Origin: an uncultured Paludibacter sp. | Lineage (GTDB): Bacteria > Bacteroidota > Bacteroidia > Bacteroidales > Paludibacteraceae | Assembly: GCA_900498215.1 (NCBI GenBank) | Contig: LR026962.1 | Location: 1,312,679-1,373,524 of the forward strand | Direction of reading: 5' to 3' | DNA length: 60,846 nt | Shown here: positions 28,443-38,672 of the stretch, one piece after another | Layout of the letters: every line of letters begins with the position of its first letter | Position numbering within the stretch: the stretch's first letter is position 1 | The notes under the pieces: model-generated | What the model saw: the letters and a program-made list of their open reading frames with translations, nothing else | Databases searched by the model: none | Told to the model about the DNA's origin: nothing | Program-made: the position numbers and the translations under genes

Positions 28443-30338
28443 TTAATCCAACACAAGTAATTGTTCATAATCTTCAACAGTAGCTCCGTTGAGGCACGCT
28501 TCTATGATTTGTCTTCCCAACGGATTTAAATCGGGGGTAAGATATTGTTGTAATTCTTTTTTGAAAAAATCATACAATTTTTCTGCTCCCGCATCATAAC
28601 CGTCGGTTCCAACCTCGTCCTGTTTGTAAACCTGAAGGAAACGAGAAGGAATTTTGGCTCCTTCAATAGTCAAATAATTTAATTCATACCCTAACAAAGG
28701 ACAGCGTGCCGCTTTGTATTGGTCGCGTCTTAAGCTGATATTTCCACGGCGTGTTAAATACTCACGCATTAATAATTGAGGTTTAAATCCTACTTTCCAT
28801 ACTCCGATATATTGATTAGGAACAAGAGTGTAGCGAGTTTCGGGAGTTTTCATTATTTGCTCCAAAAGCATATTAGCATGATGAACCATTTTACCTGTTG
28901 CAAAGGGCCAATACGAACCAACTCCTTCAGAGTCCATTCCTGTACCGGCTGTGCTGCTAATACTCGGATTAGCATGTCCGCGCGGAGCAACAAGTCTCCA
29001 CAACCAAGCCAAAGCTGGCGGCAACATATGGAATAATCCTATAATTCCATAGTTTGGATTTTCTCGGGAGCTGGGTGGAGTACGAACGCCAAAACTACGA
29101 ATATCCACAGAAACGGAGTGATCAATTACATTTTCCACAATATCTCGAGGTAAAATTACGCGTGGATTAGGACAAGGTTTTCCCGGTTCATCCATTGTGT
29201 GTTCCCAAATAAGTACCGTAGAATTCGGCGTTGATTGTAAATTAAGGAACAAGAGCGAACGAGGTGGGTTTACCGTTATTTTTTCGAGTGCAGGATCGTC
29301 TCCGTATTCATTTACGCTATCCACACGAATAAACCATGAGTTTTCCGCGTCAAGTACTCTCAATTTTCCATTTGTATTCTGTAAAGTAGGATGACATAAT
29401 GCCATATCATCCGTTACCGGCTTAAAAGAACAAAAAAGAGGCAAATTAATCAACCTCGTTTCTTGATTTACGGTATTTCTCCCTATTAACACTTGTCCGT
29501 TTGGCTCACGCAAAATATACTGCAACATTTCACTTTTTCCACCTCCGCTAGCTCCTTCGTGCATAAAAGTAGTAGTATTATCATAAGGACTAACCGCTTG
29601 AACAGTTGAACAGTGTGCCGTAATCCATCCTTCACGTTCTCCTTTTGTGAGCAAAGCTCCGTAAAGTCCTTTTTTAGCGCTCGGTCCCGGATACAAATTG
29701 TATGAGAATATCTCGTGCCTTTCGGGAGTTCTGTTGTGTACTACGATTTGTTTTCCGTTAAAGTGAGTATGACGGAACGTAGGAGCAACATAAATAATAG
29801 AATCGAGTGAAAAATATTCGGGAATCTCTTTTGTAGAAACAATAACTTGAAGCATAGCGAGCCCCATTGCAAAAAATCCGGCATTAGCGGGACAAATAGC
29901 AATTCCTCCTACACCAATCTTTTCACGACCGGCAAAATAAAGAAATACCGCTAAATCCTGTTTTTTCAACCATTCAAATGTTTCTTCTTTCAATGTTGAA
30001 AATTCATATCCAAATCTTTCCGTAAATTTTTCTTTATCTGTAGGTAAATTATCGGAGATTACCATCGTGTCCGGATCGCGTCTCCTCATATATGCTTCTG
30101 TATAATTAGCTGAAATTCCATTCTTTACCCTGTGAACAATCGCTTCGGTATATTCTCCTTTGCCGGGAATATCATATTTCACCTCAAAAACATTTTTATC
30201 TGCACCATTCGTTGCAGCTATTTCCAATTCATCCACATTATCATAAACCGTATAGCTTTTACAAGAATTAAGCAAAGTGCGTAATTCTTCGGGCAACGTA
30301 ATATTTGCCTTTTCTAATCTGCTTATAAAATCACTCAT
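28443..30338 (-). CDS. Conserved uncharacterised ~630-aa protein with an HprK/PEPCK-like P-loop (probably the Bacteroidota DUF4914 family)
   Basis: 631 aa and apparently cytoplasmic. The single Walker A, EGASGGGKSEM, resembles the G.SG.GKSE loop of HPr kinase and the PEPCK kinase-1a loop. The family name is from memory and is not verified. Confidence 0.6.
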   Translation of the reverse strand: MSDFISRLEKANITLPEELRTLLNSCKSYTVYDNVDELEIAATNGADKNVFEVKYDIPGKGEYTEAIVHRVKNGISANYTEAYMRRRDPDTMVISDNLPTDKEKFTERFGYEFSTLKEETFEWLKKQDLAVFLYFAGREKIGVGGIAICPANAGFFAMGLAMLQVIVSTKEIPEYFSLDSIIYVAPTFRHTHFNGKQIVVHNRTPERHEIFSYNLYPGPSAKKGLYGALLTKGEREGWITAHCSTVQAVSPYDNTTTFMHEGASGGGKSEMLQYILREPNGQVLIGRNTVNQETRLINLPLFCSFKPVTDDMALCHPTLQNTNGKLRVLDAENSWFIRVDSVNEYGDDPALEKITVNPPRSLLFLNLQSTPNSTVLIWEHTMDEPGKPCPNPRVILPRDIVENVIDHSVSVDIRSFGVRTPPSSRENPNYGIIGLFHMLPPALAWLWRLVAPRGHANPSISSTAGTGMDSEGVGSYWPFATGKMVHHANMLLEQIMKTPETRYTLVPNQYIGVWKVGFKPQLLMREYLTRRGNISLRRDQYKAARCPLLGYELNYLTIEGAKIPSRFLQVYKQDEVGTDGYDAGAEKLYDFFKKELQQYLTPDLNPLGRQIIEACLNGATVEDYEQLLVLD

Positions 30339-30522
30339 TTTTAATCTTTATTTAAATAAGTTCTCACTCTTTTTCAAAAAAATATCGACTTTTAATAACT
30401 ATTTTTCTGAAATATAAATTATCAACTTGCATTTTGCTGCAAAATTACTAATTTATTGTCATTTTCACAAAATTATATTTCAATATCTGAAATGTTTACC
30501 GAAACAGATTCTTAATTGAATA

Positions 30523-31569
30523 CTAATAATCCGTTTCCTTCTGTTTTTTAACCAGTTCTTTAGTAGAGAGTAATCCACAAGCGGCAAAAATATCTTCGCC
30601 GCGTGAAGCACGTATGGTAACTGTCATTCCTTTCGATTTCAATTGGTTCTGGAAAGAAATAATTCCTTCTTTCGAAGTTCCTTGCAGCGGTGTATCAGGA
30701 ATGGGATGAAAACGTATCAAATTAATGCGACATTTAATACCATTCAACAAACGCACCAGTTCTTTTGCATGGCGAGGCGTATCATTCACATCTTTGAACA
30801 TGATATATTCAAATGAAACCCTACGTTGACGACCTAAATCCCATTTTTTAATTTCTTTTATAACTTCTGTAACGGGATAAACTTGCTGGATTGGCATAAT
30901 TTCCCGCCTTTCAATATCAAACGGAGAGTGCAAACTTACTGCTAAATGCGCTGTGCTTTTTTCCAAAAAAGTTTGCATTGCAGGAATAATTCCAATGGTA
31001 GAAACCGTAATTCGTTTGGGACTCCAAGCGTAACCCCAATCGGAAGTGAGAATTTCGAGTGAATCAAGTACCGCCTGCAAATTGTCCAGCGGCTCTCCCA
31101 TTCCCATATATACGATGTTGGTGAGTTTTTCAAATTCAGGTAAAGATTGAATTTGATTGACAATTTCTCCGGCGGTAAGATTTCCCTGAAAACCTTGTTT
31201 TCCCGTCATACAAAACAAACAACCCATTTTACATCCAATTTGCGTGGAGACACAAAGCGTAGCCCGTTCTTTATCAGGGATATACGCCGCTTCAATAAAT
31301 TTTTGCGTTTGTGTAGGATATAAATATTTTTTTGTGCCGTCTATGGAAGTTTGCACTTTGGTATGAGGAATTAACTGCACAGTGTATTTTTCATCCAATA
31401 ACTGACGAGCTTTTTTAGAAAGATTGGTCATTTCAGAAATGGAATACACGTGTTTTTTGTACAGCCAATCTGCAATTTGTGTGGCTGTAAAAGAAGGTAA
31501 ATCGAGTATTTTTACTACCGATTTCAGTTGCTCCAATGTAAGTCCGAAAAGATTTTGTTTGTTTTCCAT
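30523..31569 (-). CDS. rlmN: 23S rRNA (adenine2503-C2)-methyltransferase RlmN (radical SAM)
   Basis: 348 aa. Radical SAM CKMGCLFCMTG (CxxxCxxC), MGMGEPLDN and a C-terminal AACG catalytic Cys region. Confidence 0.93.
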   Translation of the reverse strand: MENKQNLFGLTLEQLKSVVKILDLPSFTATQIADWLYKKHVYSISEMTNLSKKARQLLDEKYTVQLIPHTKVQTSIDGTKKYLYPTQTQKFIEAAYIPDKERATLCVSTQIGCKMGCLFCMTGKQGFQGNLTAGEIVNQIQSLPEFEKLTNIVYMGMGEPLDNLQAVLDSLEILTSDWGYAWSPKRITVSTIGIIPAMQTFLEKSTAHLAVSLHSPFDIERREIMPIQQVYPVTEVIKEIKKWDLGRQRRVSFEYIMFKDVNDTPRHAKELVRLLNGIKCRINLIRFHPIPDTPLQGTSKEGIISFQNQLKSKGMTVTIRASRGEDIFAACGLLSTKELVKKQKETDY

Positions 31570-31598
31570 AATTCAGTACAAAGATACGGCAGAATTTT

Positions 31599-32279
31599 CT
31601 AAAAATACGTTTCCGAAATAATATTTTGGAAAGAAACTCCTTTTGAAATCAGCAAATCACGTACTTCAACAACCATTTCAGGGCTTCCGCAAAGATAAAA
31701 TTTATTTTCAACAGGCAACTCTTCTTTTTCCTGAATCCATTTCGTAAGTCGTCCTTTGTAATATTTTGTATCTGCTTGCTGAGAACAACAACGAATGTAA
31801 TTTTCTCCCAATAATTTTCCCAGCATTTCGGAGAAATAAAAATTCTCGTCAAATCTTCCGCCATGAATTACTTTTTTACCGACAACAAAACCGGAACGCA
31901 ACATAGAAACAAACGGAGCGATTCCCGTCCCGGAAGCTATAAACCACGCATTTTCATCACCGCATTGGAATTTCCCAAATGGTTCGGAAACATAAATGTT
32001 ATCACCCGTTTTGAGTGTTGAAAGCAACGGTGTAAGTTTTCCGTCCGGCTTTTCATCAAACAAAATATCAATATTTTCATCTTTTTCGCCACTTGCAATG
32101 CTATATAAACGTGGAGTTCCGTTTTCTTCCACATCCAATCCTACAACCTGACCTGCACGAAATTCAAAACCTCTCGGAAAAGACAACACAAATACATCTT
32201 TTGCTATTTGTTTAATACCGGACACTTTCGTTTTATGTAATATCCTTTTTTCAATCATACAAAATATCTTTTTAAGCAT
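31599..32279 (-). CDS. Ferredoxin-NADP reductase-type FAD/NAD(P)-binding oxidoreductase
   Basis: 226 aa. RLYSIAS (RxYS FAD motif), ASGTGIAPF (NAD(P) GxGxxP) and a C-terminal YLCG...M. The start may be the internal MIEKR (32258). Confidence 0.8.
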   Translation of the reverse strand: MLKKIFCMIEKRILHKTKVSGIKQIAKDVFVLSFPRGFEFRAGQVVGLDVEENGTPRLYSIASGEKDENIDILFDEKPDGKLTPLLSTLKTGDNIYVSEPFGKFQCGDENAWFIASGTGIAPFVSMLRSGFVVGKKVIHGGRFDENFYFSEMLGKLLGENYIRCCSQQADTKYYKGRLTKWIQEKEELPVENKFYLCGSPEMVVEVRDLLISKGVSFQNIISETYF

Positions 32280-32350
32280 AGTAACAATATAACCGCTTTT
32301 AAGTTCTAATCAGAATAATGAAGGATAGAATTTCCTGAAAAAATATTTTC

Positions 32351-32358
32351 TATCTTTG
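32351..32358 (+). promoter_or_regulatory. Candidate -7 box TATCTTTG for the CDF transporter
   Basis: Matches TAnnTTTG, 18 nt upstream of the ATG at 32376, which implies a very short leader. Confidence 0.3.
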
Positions 32359-32375
32359 TAAAAATATTCAAGCTT

Positions 32376-33287
32376 ATGTCACACGAAAACGCTTCCGTAA
32401 AATCCATTGTGTTCGCTTTATTGGCAAATTTAGGAATCGCCATTACAAAAACCGTTGCAGCCGTATTAACCGCTTCGGGTGCGATGCTTGCCGAAGCCAT
32501 TCACTCCTTTGCAGATTGCGGGAATCAACTTTTATTGTTTCTCGGACTTAAAAAATCAAAACAAGCGGATGACGAAAAACACCCGTTAGGACATGGGAAA
32601 GAAATTTACTTTTGGTCGTTTATTGTAGCGTTGATTTTGTTCAGTATGGGTGGAATGTTTTCCATTTATGAAGGAATTCACAAATTAAGCACACACGAAG
32701 GATTAAAAAGTCCGTTGATTGCAATTGTTGTATTGCTTGTAAGTATCGTCCTTGAAGGCGCTTCTCTTTACGGATGCATTACGCAAATCAATAAAGTAAA
32801 AAGAAAAAATGTTTCACTGCTGAAATGGGTAAAATATACCAGAAAAAGCGAGCTGATTGTGATATTAGGAGAAGATGTGGCGGCTTTATTCGGTCTTACG
32901 TTAGCTCTTATTGCTGTGATTTTAGCTTGGTACACGGGAAATCCGGTGTTTGATGCGGCAGGTAGTATTGGAATTGGCGTTCTTCTTGTAATAGTTTCTG
33001 TTTTTTTAGGTATTAAAGTAAAAGGGTTGCTTATTGGACAAAGCGCAGATGCCGAAACCCGATATGAAATAAAATCATTTTTGGAAAACAGACCTGAAAT
33101 TGAAGAAATTTTGAACGTTATCACCTTGCAACTGGGGGTAGATATTATGGTAGCAATTAAGGCAAAAATGAAAGATGTTTCTTCCACCGAAAAATTGGTT
33201 CAAAATATTAATGCCTGCGAAAAAGACCTTCACAAACTAAATTCAAGTATTAAATGGGTGTTCTTTGAACCGGATATTGAAAAATAA
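32376..33287 (+). CDS. Cation diffusion facilitator family transporter
   Basis: 303 aa and 6 TM. AEAIHSFADCGNQ (HxxxD site A) and a C-terminal cytoplasmic domain. Confidence 0.88.
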   Translation: MSHENASVKSIVFALLANLGIAITKTVAAVLTASGAMLAEAIHSFADCGNQLLLFLGLKKSKQADDEKHPLGHGKEIYFWSFIVALILFSMGGMFSIYEGIHKLSTHEGLKSPLIAIVVLLVSIVLEGASLYGCITQINKVKRKNVSLLKWVKYTRKSELIVILGEDVAALFGLTLALIAVILAWYTGNPVFDAAGSIGIGVLLVIVSVFLGIKVKGLLIGQSADAETRYEIKSFLENRPEIEEILNVITLQLGVDIMVAIKAKMKDVSSTEKLVQNINACEKDLHKLNSSIKWVFFEPDIEK

Positions 33288-33314
33288 TATTGTAATCATA
33301 GCATTCTTACAACA

Positions 33315-33350
33315 AAAAAGCATCTCCTGTGGAAGATGCTTTTTCGTTTA
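33315..33350. terminator. Bidirectional terminator
   Basis: AAAAAGCATCT / AGATGCTTTTT stem flanked by A- and T-runs, between convergent genes. Confidence 0.6.
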
Positions 33351-33369
33351 TTTATCTATAACTGAATGG

Positions 33370-33732
33370 TTACTGCTGTAAAAGTTGAATTTTAATATTT
33401 GTGTCCTTTTGAGCGTCAATTTCCATTTCTGCGTTTTTATAAGAAATCATTTCTACCGCAATATGGTGTTTGCCAAGAGCTAATGAACTCAGATTGAAAT
33501 TACCATCCAAATCGGAGTAATATTTTTTCCCATCAACTAAAATAGTTGCACCAGCCAAAGTTTCATTGCTTTTTAAGTCAACAATTGTTCCGGAAATATT
33601 TACATTCTCGCTTACATTCACAATGTTGTTTGCTGTTGTTTCCTTTGATTTATTTCCTGTGTTATCATTAGTTGCAAATGCTAAAGACGAATAAATCAAA
33701 ACGATTAAAAATGTACTGAATAATTTTTTCAT
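33370..33732 (-). CDS. Small secreted carboxypeptidase-regulatory-like (CarboxypepD_reg) domain protein
   Basis: 120 aa with a signal peptide. ISGTIVDLKSNETLAGATILVDGK...SDLDGNFNL is the transthyretin-like CarboxypepD_reg pattern. Confidence 0.65.
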   Translation of the reverse strand: MKKLFSTFLIVLIYSSLAFATNDNTGNKSKETTANNIVNVSENVNISGTIVDLKSNETLAGATILVDGKKYYSDLDGNFNLSSLALGKHHIAVEMISYKNAEMEIDAQKDTNIKIQLLQQ

Positions 33733-33828
33733 ACCTTTTTGTTATAATTTTACGGTACAAAATTCTTATTTCTAAATTACATTTTTATGACAAACAAAAT
33801 ACAATGTAATTAATTTGATGTTACAAAA

Positions 33829-34305
33829 TTAATATGTTTTTTCAGATAATAATTTCCCTTTTTCATCCCACATATACCAGGTTCCGGTTTTTTTACCATC
33901 GGTGTAATGCATTTCATAACGCATTATGCCTGAATCGTCCCACACACGCCAAGTTCCGTCTTTTTTATTGTTTTTATATTGAGCTTCGGCAACCAAAAGA
34001 CCGGCTTCGTTATAAGTACGCCATAATCCATGAAACTCGCCGTTATGATATGCACGAACTTCATTTGGTTTTCCATTCGGGAAATAAACAATGTAGGCGC
34101 CATCAGGTCTTCCGTCTTTTACAAACATTTCTAATTTTAAGGAACCGTTGTCAAAATATTCTTTATACTCTCCTGTGTATAATGTATTTTGTGTGGCATC
34201 GGTAAAATACACTCCATTTGTTTGAATAATAGTCGTGGGCTGGTTTTGAGCCATTGTTAAAAGTGCAAACACAGCCATCAACAACGACAATATTATCTTT
34301 TTCAT
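33829..34305 (-). CDS. MORN-repeat-variant (YwqK-like) secreted protein
   Basis: 158 aa with a signal peptide. Repeats of the type G.YKEYFDNG.LK, DG.Y.VYFPNGK, H.G.WRTYNEAG and DGTWRVWDDSG. Confidence 0.75.
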   Translation of the reverse strand: MKKIILSLLMAVFALLTMAQNQPTTIIQTNGVYFTDATQNTLYTGEYKEYFDNGSLKLEMFVKDGRPDGAYIVYFPNGKPNEVRAYHNGEFHGLWRTYNEAGLLVAEAQYKNNKKDGTWRVWDDSGIMRYEMHYTDGKKTGTWYMWDEKGKLLSEKTY

Positions 34306-34538
34306 AGCTATTTAAATTTTTTTAGTGAGAAATCGCTTTGTAATAATTTTGAAACAAATTTATAATATAAATGCAACATACGTGCCTAATAGTATGTAAA
34401 TATCGAAAATTTAATATGTATTACAGATAGTATGATAAAAGTTATTATTCTTAAAAATGATTTTAAAAGGCATTCCAACGTATTGAAATGCCTTTCAAAA
34501 TTAAAATGCATATATAGAAGAAAACTGAATGAAGCTCA

Positions 34539-35771
34539 TTAAAATCCTGTATATCCTGTCCAAGCAAAGATACTTGTATCACAACCAGTGTTGCCAGTAG
34601 CTATAGCTGATACATTAGGGTATGTAAGATATGTTTTAGTTCCGTCTGTGTTTGTTATATAACCCGGAGTAACTTCATGACCTGTAATGGATGTTGGAAT
34701 CGTTAAACCATTTGTTAAGCTAATTGAAGAATCTACAGTACCAGCTCCTTTTGAGTCACTCATATCAATCAAGTCTTGGATTGCACCCGTTCCTTTTACT
34801 AATGCATTCGTAATTGTAGCTTTTGCTCCACGACGAATTTTAATAATATCCTGCATGTATGTTGCTTGAGTTGCTGCATTATACGCTAATTTAAGATCAA
34901 TAGTCATATTAGTAATAGTAAAATCTGTTTGGTTAACATCTGTTGGAGTTAATCCATCTAAGTTTCCATCAGATTCTACACCACGCGGGTCAGATTCTGT
35001 ACTTGTGTAACCGCTTTCCCAAATTCCATAGCAATTTGTTAATGTGCCGCGATAACCTTGTGTATTATCAAACATATCATCATCAGGATTAACAATTAAT
35101 AAGTTTGAAACATTTACGGTTCCTCCGAAAAATTCTATACCATCGTCAGCATTTTCGTACACATAAATATCGTGAATAGTTGTTCCACTTCCAACTGCAT
35201 CCAACGTCAATCCGTTGTGTTCTACTTCAGCACTTGAACGTGCACCACCGTATTTAATTTCAAGATAAGTGATTGATCCTGAATTATCAGCATCGTCTGA
35301 ACCACCGTAAGTATAATCAGGGTTCATTTCGCAAGTACCTGTAGCTGTAATACCTGTTTGTCCTGAAATCTTGGCTTTACCATTCAATATTAAACCTCCC
35401 CAATAACCTGCAGAAGCAGAGGCTTCATTATCAGCGGTCATAATTACAGGTTGTGAAGCAGTACCGTTTACAAAGATTTTTCCACCTTGGGCTACAATAA
35501 TATAGCTTCCGTAACCTTCTGATGCTTTAATAGTAGTTCCTGCAGGAATGGTAAGACTTGCACCATTTTCCACACTAAAAGTTCCGTTGAGTTTATAAGT
35601 TACAGAAGCGTCTAAAGTTACCGCGTGATCAAGTTTTCCGGTTAGTACACCTTGTTCGATAAGAATATCGACCGAATCTTTTTGTGGATCGCTATCGTTC
35701 TTACAAGAGACAAAATTCAACGATAAAAGTGCCGTTGAAATGACTAATAAATTAAAAAATAATTTTTTCAT
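34539..35771 (-). CDS. Surface lipoprotein, probable beta-helix fold, partner of the upstream TonB-dependent receptor
   Basis: 410 aa. Lipobox LNFVSC. GTASQPVIMT...GYWGGLILNGKA and repeated G/T/N-rich strands. It is transcribed directly downstream of the TBDR. Confidence 0.55.
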   Translation of the reverse strand: MKKLFFNLLVISTALLSLNFVSCKNDSDPQKDSVDILIEQGVLTGKLDHAVTLDASVTYKLNGTFSVENGASLTIPAGTTIKASEGYGSYIIVAQGGKIFVNGTASQPVIMTADNEASASAGYWGGLILNGKAKISGQTGITATGTCEMNPDYTYGGSDDADNSGSITYLEIKYGGARSSAEVEHNGLTLDAVGSGTTIHDIYVYENADDGIEFFGGTVNVSNLLIVNPDDDMFDNTQGYRGTLTNCYGIWESGYTSTESDPRGVESDGNLDGLTPTDVNQTDFTITNMTIDLKLAYNAATQATYMQDIIKIRRGAKATITNALVKGTGAIQDLIDMSDSKGAGTVDSSISLTNGLTIPTSITGHEVTPGYITNTDGTKTYLTYPNVSAIATGNTGCDTSIFAWTGYTGF

Positions 35772-35822
35772 TTTGATAAAATTTAATTGATAAATAATGT
35801 TTTTTTGTAGATAAATTTTTAA

Positions 35823-38579
35823 TTAAAATTGATAGGTTATACCTAAACTTAAGTCCATTCCCTTTTTGTAACTGTGCAATACCTGATTCTCGTTACTGGT
35901 AGTTGCTTTACGCATTAGTTTATATTCAGGGTCGAGTATGTTTTTAGCTTTTAATTTTATTCCGAGATGTTTATTGATGTTTATACCGGAGACAAAATCC
36001 AAAGTCGGAATTCCTTTTTCTATTACATCATTATATCCTACAAATCCTAAGGAGAATATTCTATCGCTGAAGTACTTAAAGACTAATGTATTTACAATGG
36101 AGAAATCTTTATTTGAATAGTTGTGTGATAAATCAATATTTGCAAGGTAAGGCGAAGAACCTTCTAATTGTGCATATCTGGACACACTTGCAGTGGAATT
36201 TACAAACATACTTGAATTAATGTAAGAAGCATTCACACCCGCACTTAATTTATTTGTACCGTTGGATGAGGTTTTATTAATAATATTTTTTCTTACTTCT
36301 ATCTCAACACCTGCTACAGAAGCATATTGCATATTATCAAAAGTATAATATCCTGCTCCATTATTTTGATACACACGCGTAATTGGTTTATCAATATATT
36401 TATAGAAAGCATTTAACGATAACAGTTCTGAAGGGCTTAAATAAAAATCCCATTTTACATCAACGTTATAATTTTCGGAAGGTTTTAATTTTGGATTTCC
36501 CTGAAACGAATAACTTAATCCAAGATATTGATAAGGCATCATTTCGATAGTTTGCGGCAATGTGTAAGTCTTACTCATTCCAAGTCGTAGCGCATTCCTA
36601 TCATTAATACTGTATTTCAAATTTAATTCAGGAAGAACAAATAAATAATTTTTTGTACCGGAATTCGCTCCGTTATAACCTCCTTGTACATTAAAATCAT
36701 ACGGTATATAAATTTGATCGGTTCTTAAACCTATGTTGCTTGTAAATTTGTTTGAAAATTGATAATTCAAACCAACAAAACCGGCATTGATTAATTTGGT
36801 AACTTTGTATGTGCTAATTCGGGCATAACCTGCAAATTCTTTATTGTCGTAATTTTGTTGATTAAATAATTCGTCAAACTTCAAATTATCTAATGTCTGT
36901 TTTCCCGAAAGTGTAGTTATAATCATACTGTATTCATTACCACTAAAATCATCGGTAAGATATCTCCCGTTGTATCCAAAATTTATGGAAGATAAGTCAT
37001 CCTTAAATTTCTCAGATAATTTATACGTAAAATCAAATTTGGCATTCAAATCATTCTCCGTTAGTTTGTTGAAGTTTCTGATATTTGCTCCATCTCCTGC
37101 TAAAGGCGAATATTCCGTTTCACTAATTCTGAATAATTTATTTACTCTTCTGTCAGGTTCTGAACCTATTGTAGAATTGTAAGATATTCCTGCGTCTAAT
37201 TTGAGTTTGTTATTAATTTTAAGTTTTGAGAGCAATTGATTTGTTATTAATAAATTATCATTCGACTGTTGTCTTCTCATAAACCCGTTATACTCGTATT
37301 CTGACGGTTGGAGGCTCGATAAATATTTTGGTCCATATCCCACAAAATTTCCTATATATTGATTATTGTCATGAATAATTACTATATTATAATTAAATTC
37401 TTGTTTGTTGTTGAGTAAAAAATTGATGTTACCCAACACCATTTGATTGATGTTTTGGGTAGATTTATTTCCATTTAAGTCATCTATAACAGTTCCATCA
37501 GTGGTAGTATCATACACTTTTTCTTTTGTATATGAATATTTTGTACTGTAAGTTCCAACCAATAAAAACGAAAGTGGATTTTTATTTTCACCTAAATACA
37601 ATTTTTTACCTCCTGAAATTCCATAACTATAATTTAACGGCAATGAAACAGAATGAGGGTCGAGACTATTCCCATAATTATAAACCGTTTTATAATTATT
37701 CAAAGGTTGAACACTTTTTGATGCTCCCCAATAATTAACCCCGTCCATTTTTATAAAATCGGAACCAATAGCTTTTGTATTTATTCCTGTCGATAAGTCC
37801 ATATCTAATTCTTTTTCACCAATAAGTTCTTTTGACGAAACATCAATTACAGCGCCTCCAACATCTCCATAATTATTACTGGTAAAAACTTTATTTACTC
37901 CAATATTTTTTATTAAATCAGACCCAAAAAAATCGAGTGAAATATTTTTATATAATGGATCTTCCGAAGGAATTGGCAATCCATTAAGAGTGGTAAAATT
38001 GTAGCGATCGCCTAATCCGCGTACGAATACATTTTTCACACCTTCTTGCTTTGAAATTCCCGAAACTTGCGCCACAGCCGCTTCAGCATCACTTATTCCT
38101 TTGCGCGACATTTCTCTGGCTCCAACCGCCTGCGTTGCAAGTAAAGACTGCTTCTGCTCCATAAGCAAAATGTTTTCGCTTTCCCTATTCGATTTTGCAA
38201 CCACTTCTACTTCATTTAAACTTATGTTTGCCGACTCCAATGATATATCTATCATTGTTTCTTTTCCGGATTCGACCAATATATTTTCTTTTGTTTGCTG
38301 TTTGTATGAAATGTAACTTACAACAATAGAATATACTCCTGGTTTTAAGTTGTTTATGGCATAATTCCCGTCAAAATCGGAGGCGGCTCCTACAGCTGTA
38401 CCTTTAATTAATACGGACGCTCCAATTAACGGTTCGTTGCTATTTACATCAGTTATTTTTCCTTTTATCGCACCGGACTGAGCATAAAGAAGAGATGCCG
38501 ATAACAGTAAAATTGCTGAAATAAAAGGTTTAATTAAAATAATTTCGGAAAATTGTAATCTTAAAAAGTTTTTCATCAA
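35823..38579 (-). CDS. TonB-dependent receptor with an N-terminal CarboxypepD_reg domain
   Basis: 918 aa. IKGKITDVNSNEPLIGASVLIKGT..GAASDFDGNY, a plug region (VFVRGLGDRY) and a C-terminal barrel ending in ...GITYQF. Confidence 0.9.
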   Translation of the reverse strand: MMKNFLRLQFSEIILIKPFISAILLLSASLLYAQSGAIKGKITDVNSNEPLIGASVLIKGTAVGAASDFDGNYAINNLKPGVYSIVVSYISYKQQTKENILVESGKETMIDISLESANISLNEVEVVAKSNRESENILLMEQKQSLLATQAVGAREMSRKGISDAEAAVAQVSGISKQEGVKNVFVRGLGDRYNFTTLNGLPIPSEDPLYKNISLDFFGSDLIKNIGVNKVFTSNNYGDVGGAVIDVSSKELIGEKELDMDLSTGINTKAIGSDFIKMDGVNYWGASKSVQPLNNYKTVYNYGNSLDPHSVSLPLNYSYGISGGKKLYLGENKNPLSFLLVGTYSTKYSYTKEKVYDTTTDGTVIDDLNGNKSTQNINQMVLGNINFLLNNKQEFNYNIVIIHDNNQYIGNFVGYGPKYLSSLQPSEYEYNGFMRRQQSNDNLLITNQLLSKLKINNKLKLDAGISYNSTIGSEPDRRVNKLFRISETEYSPLAGDGANIRNFNKLTENDLNAKFDFTYKLSEKFKDDLSSINFGYNGRYLTDDFSGNEYSMIITTLSGKQTLDNLKFDELFNQQNYDNKEFAGYARISTYKVTKLINAGFVGLNYQFSNKFTSNIGLRTDQIYIPYDFNVQGGYNGANSGTKNYLFVLPELNLKYSINDRNALRLGMSKTYTLPQTIEMMPYQYLGLSYSFQGNPKLKPSENYNVDVKWDFYLSPSELLSLNAFYKYIDKPITRVYQNNGAGYYTFDNMQYASVAGVEIEVRKNIINKTSSNGTNKLSAGVNASYINSSMFVNSTASVSRYAQLEGSSPYLANIDLSHNYSNKDFSIVNTLVFKYFSDRIFSLGFVGYNDVIEKGIPTLDFVSGININKHLGIKLKAKNILDPEYKLMRKATTSNENQVLHSYKKGMDLSLGITYQF

Positions 38580-38623
38580 AAAATATATTTCGTTATTTCA
38601 CGCCGCAAAATTCCTTATTTCTT

Positions 38624-38672
38624 ATTACAAGAAAGCGACATATTGATTACAAATGCGAAACATATATTACAA
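38624..38672. repeat. Three ~21-bp-phased direct repeats containing ATTACAA, upstream of the TBDR
   Basis: ATTACAA at 38624, 38646 and 38666, each preceded by (A)CATAT/TT. A fourth ATTACAA lies at 38746. The repeats sit 45-95 nt upstream of the TBDR start on the minus strand. Confidence 0.6.

Noticed and set aside
33829-34305. YwqK-like protein as the antitoxin of a toxin-antitoxin pair
   Set aside because: It has a signal peptide, so it is exported. No LXG/YwqJ-type toxin gene is adjacent. The MORN-variant repeat alone does not indicate a TA system.
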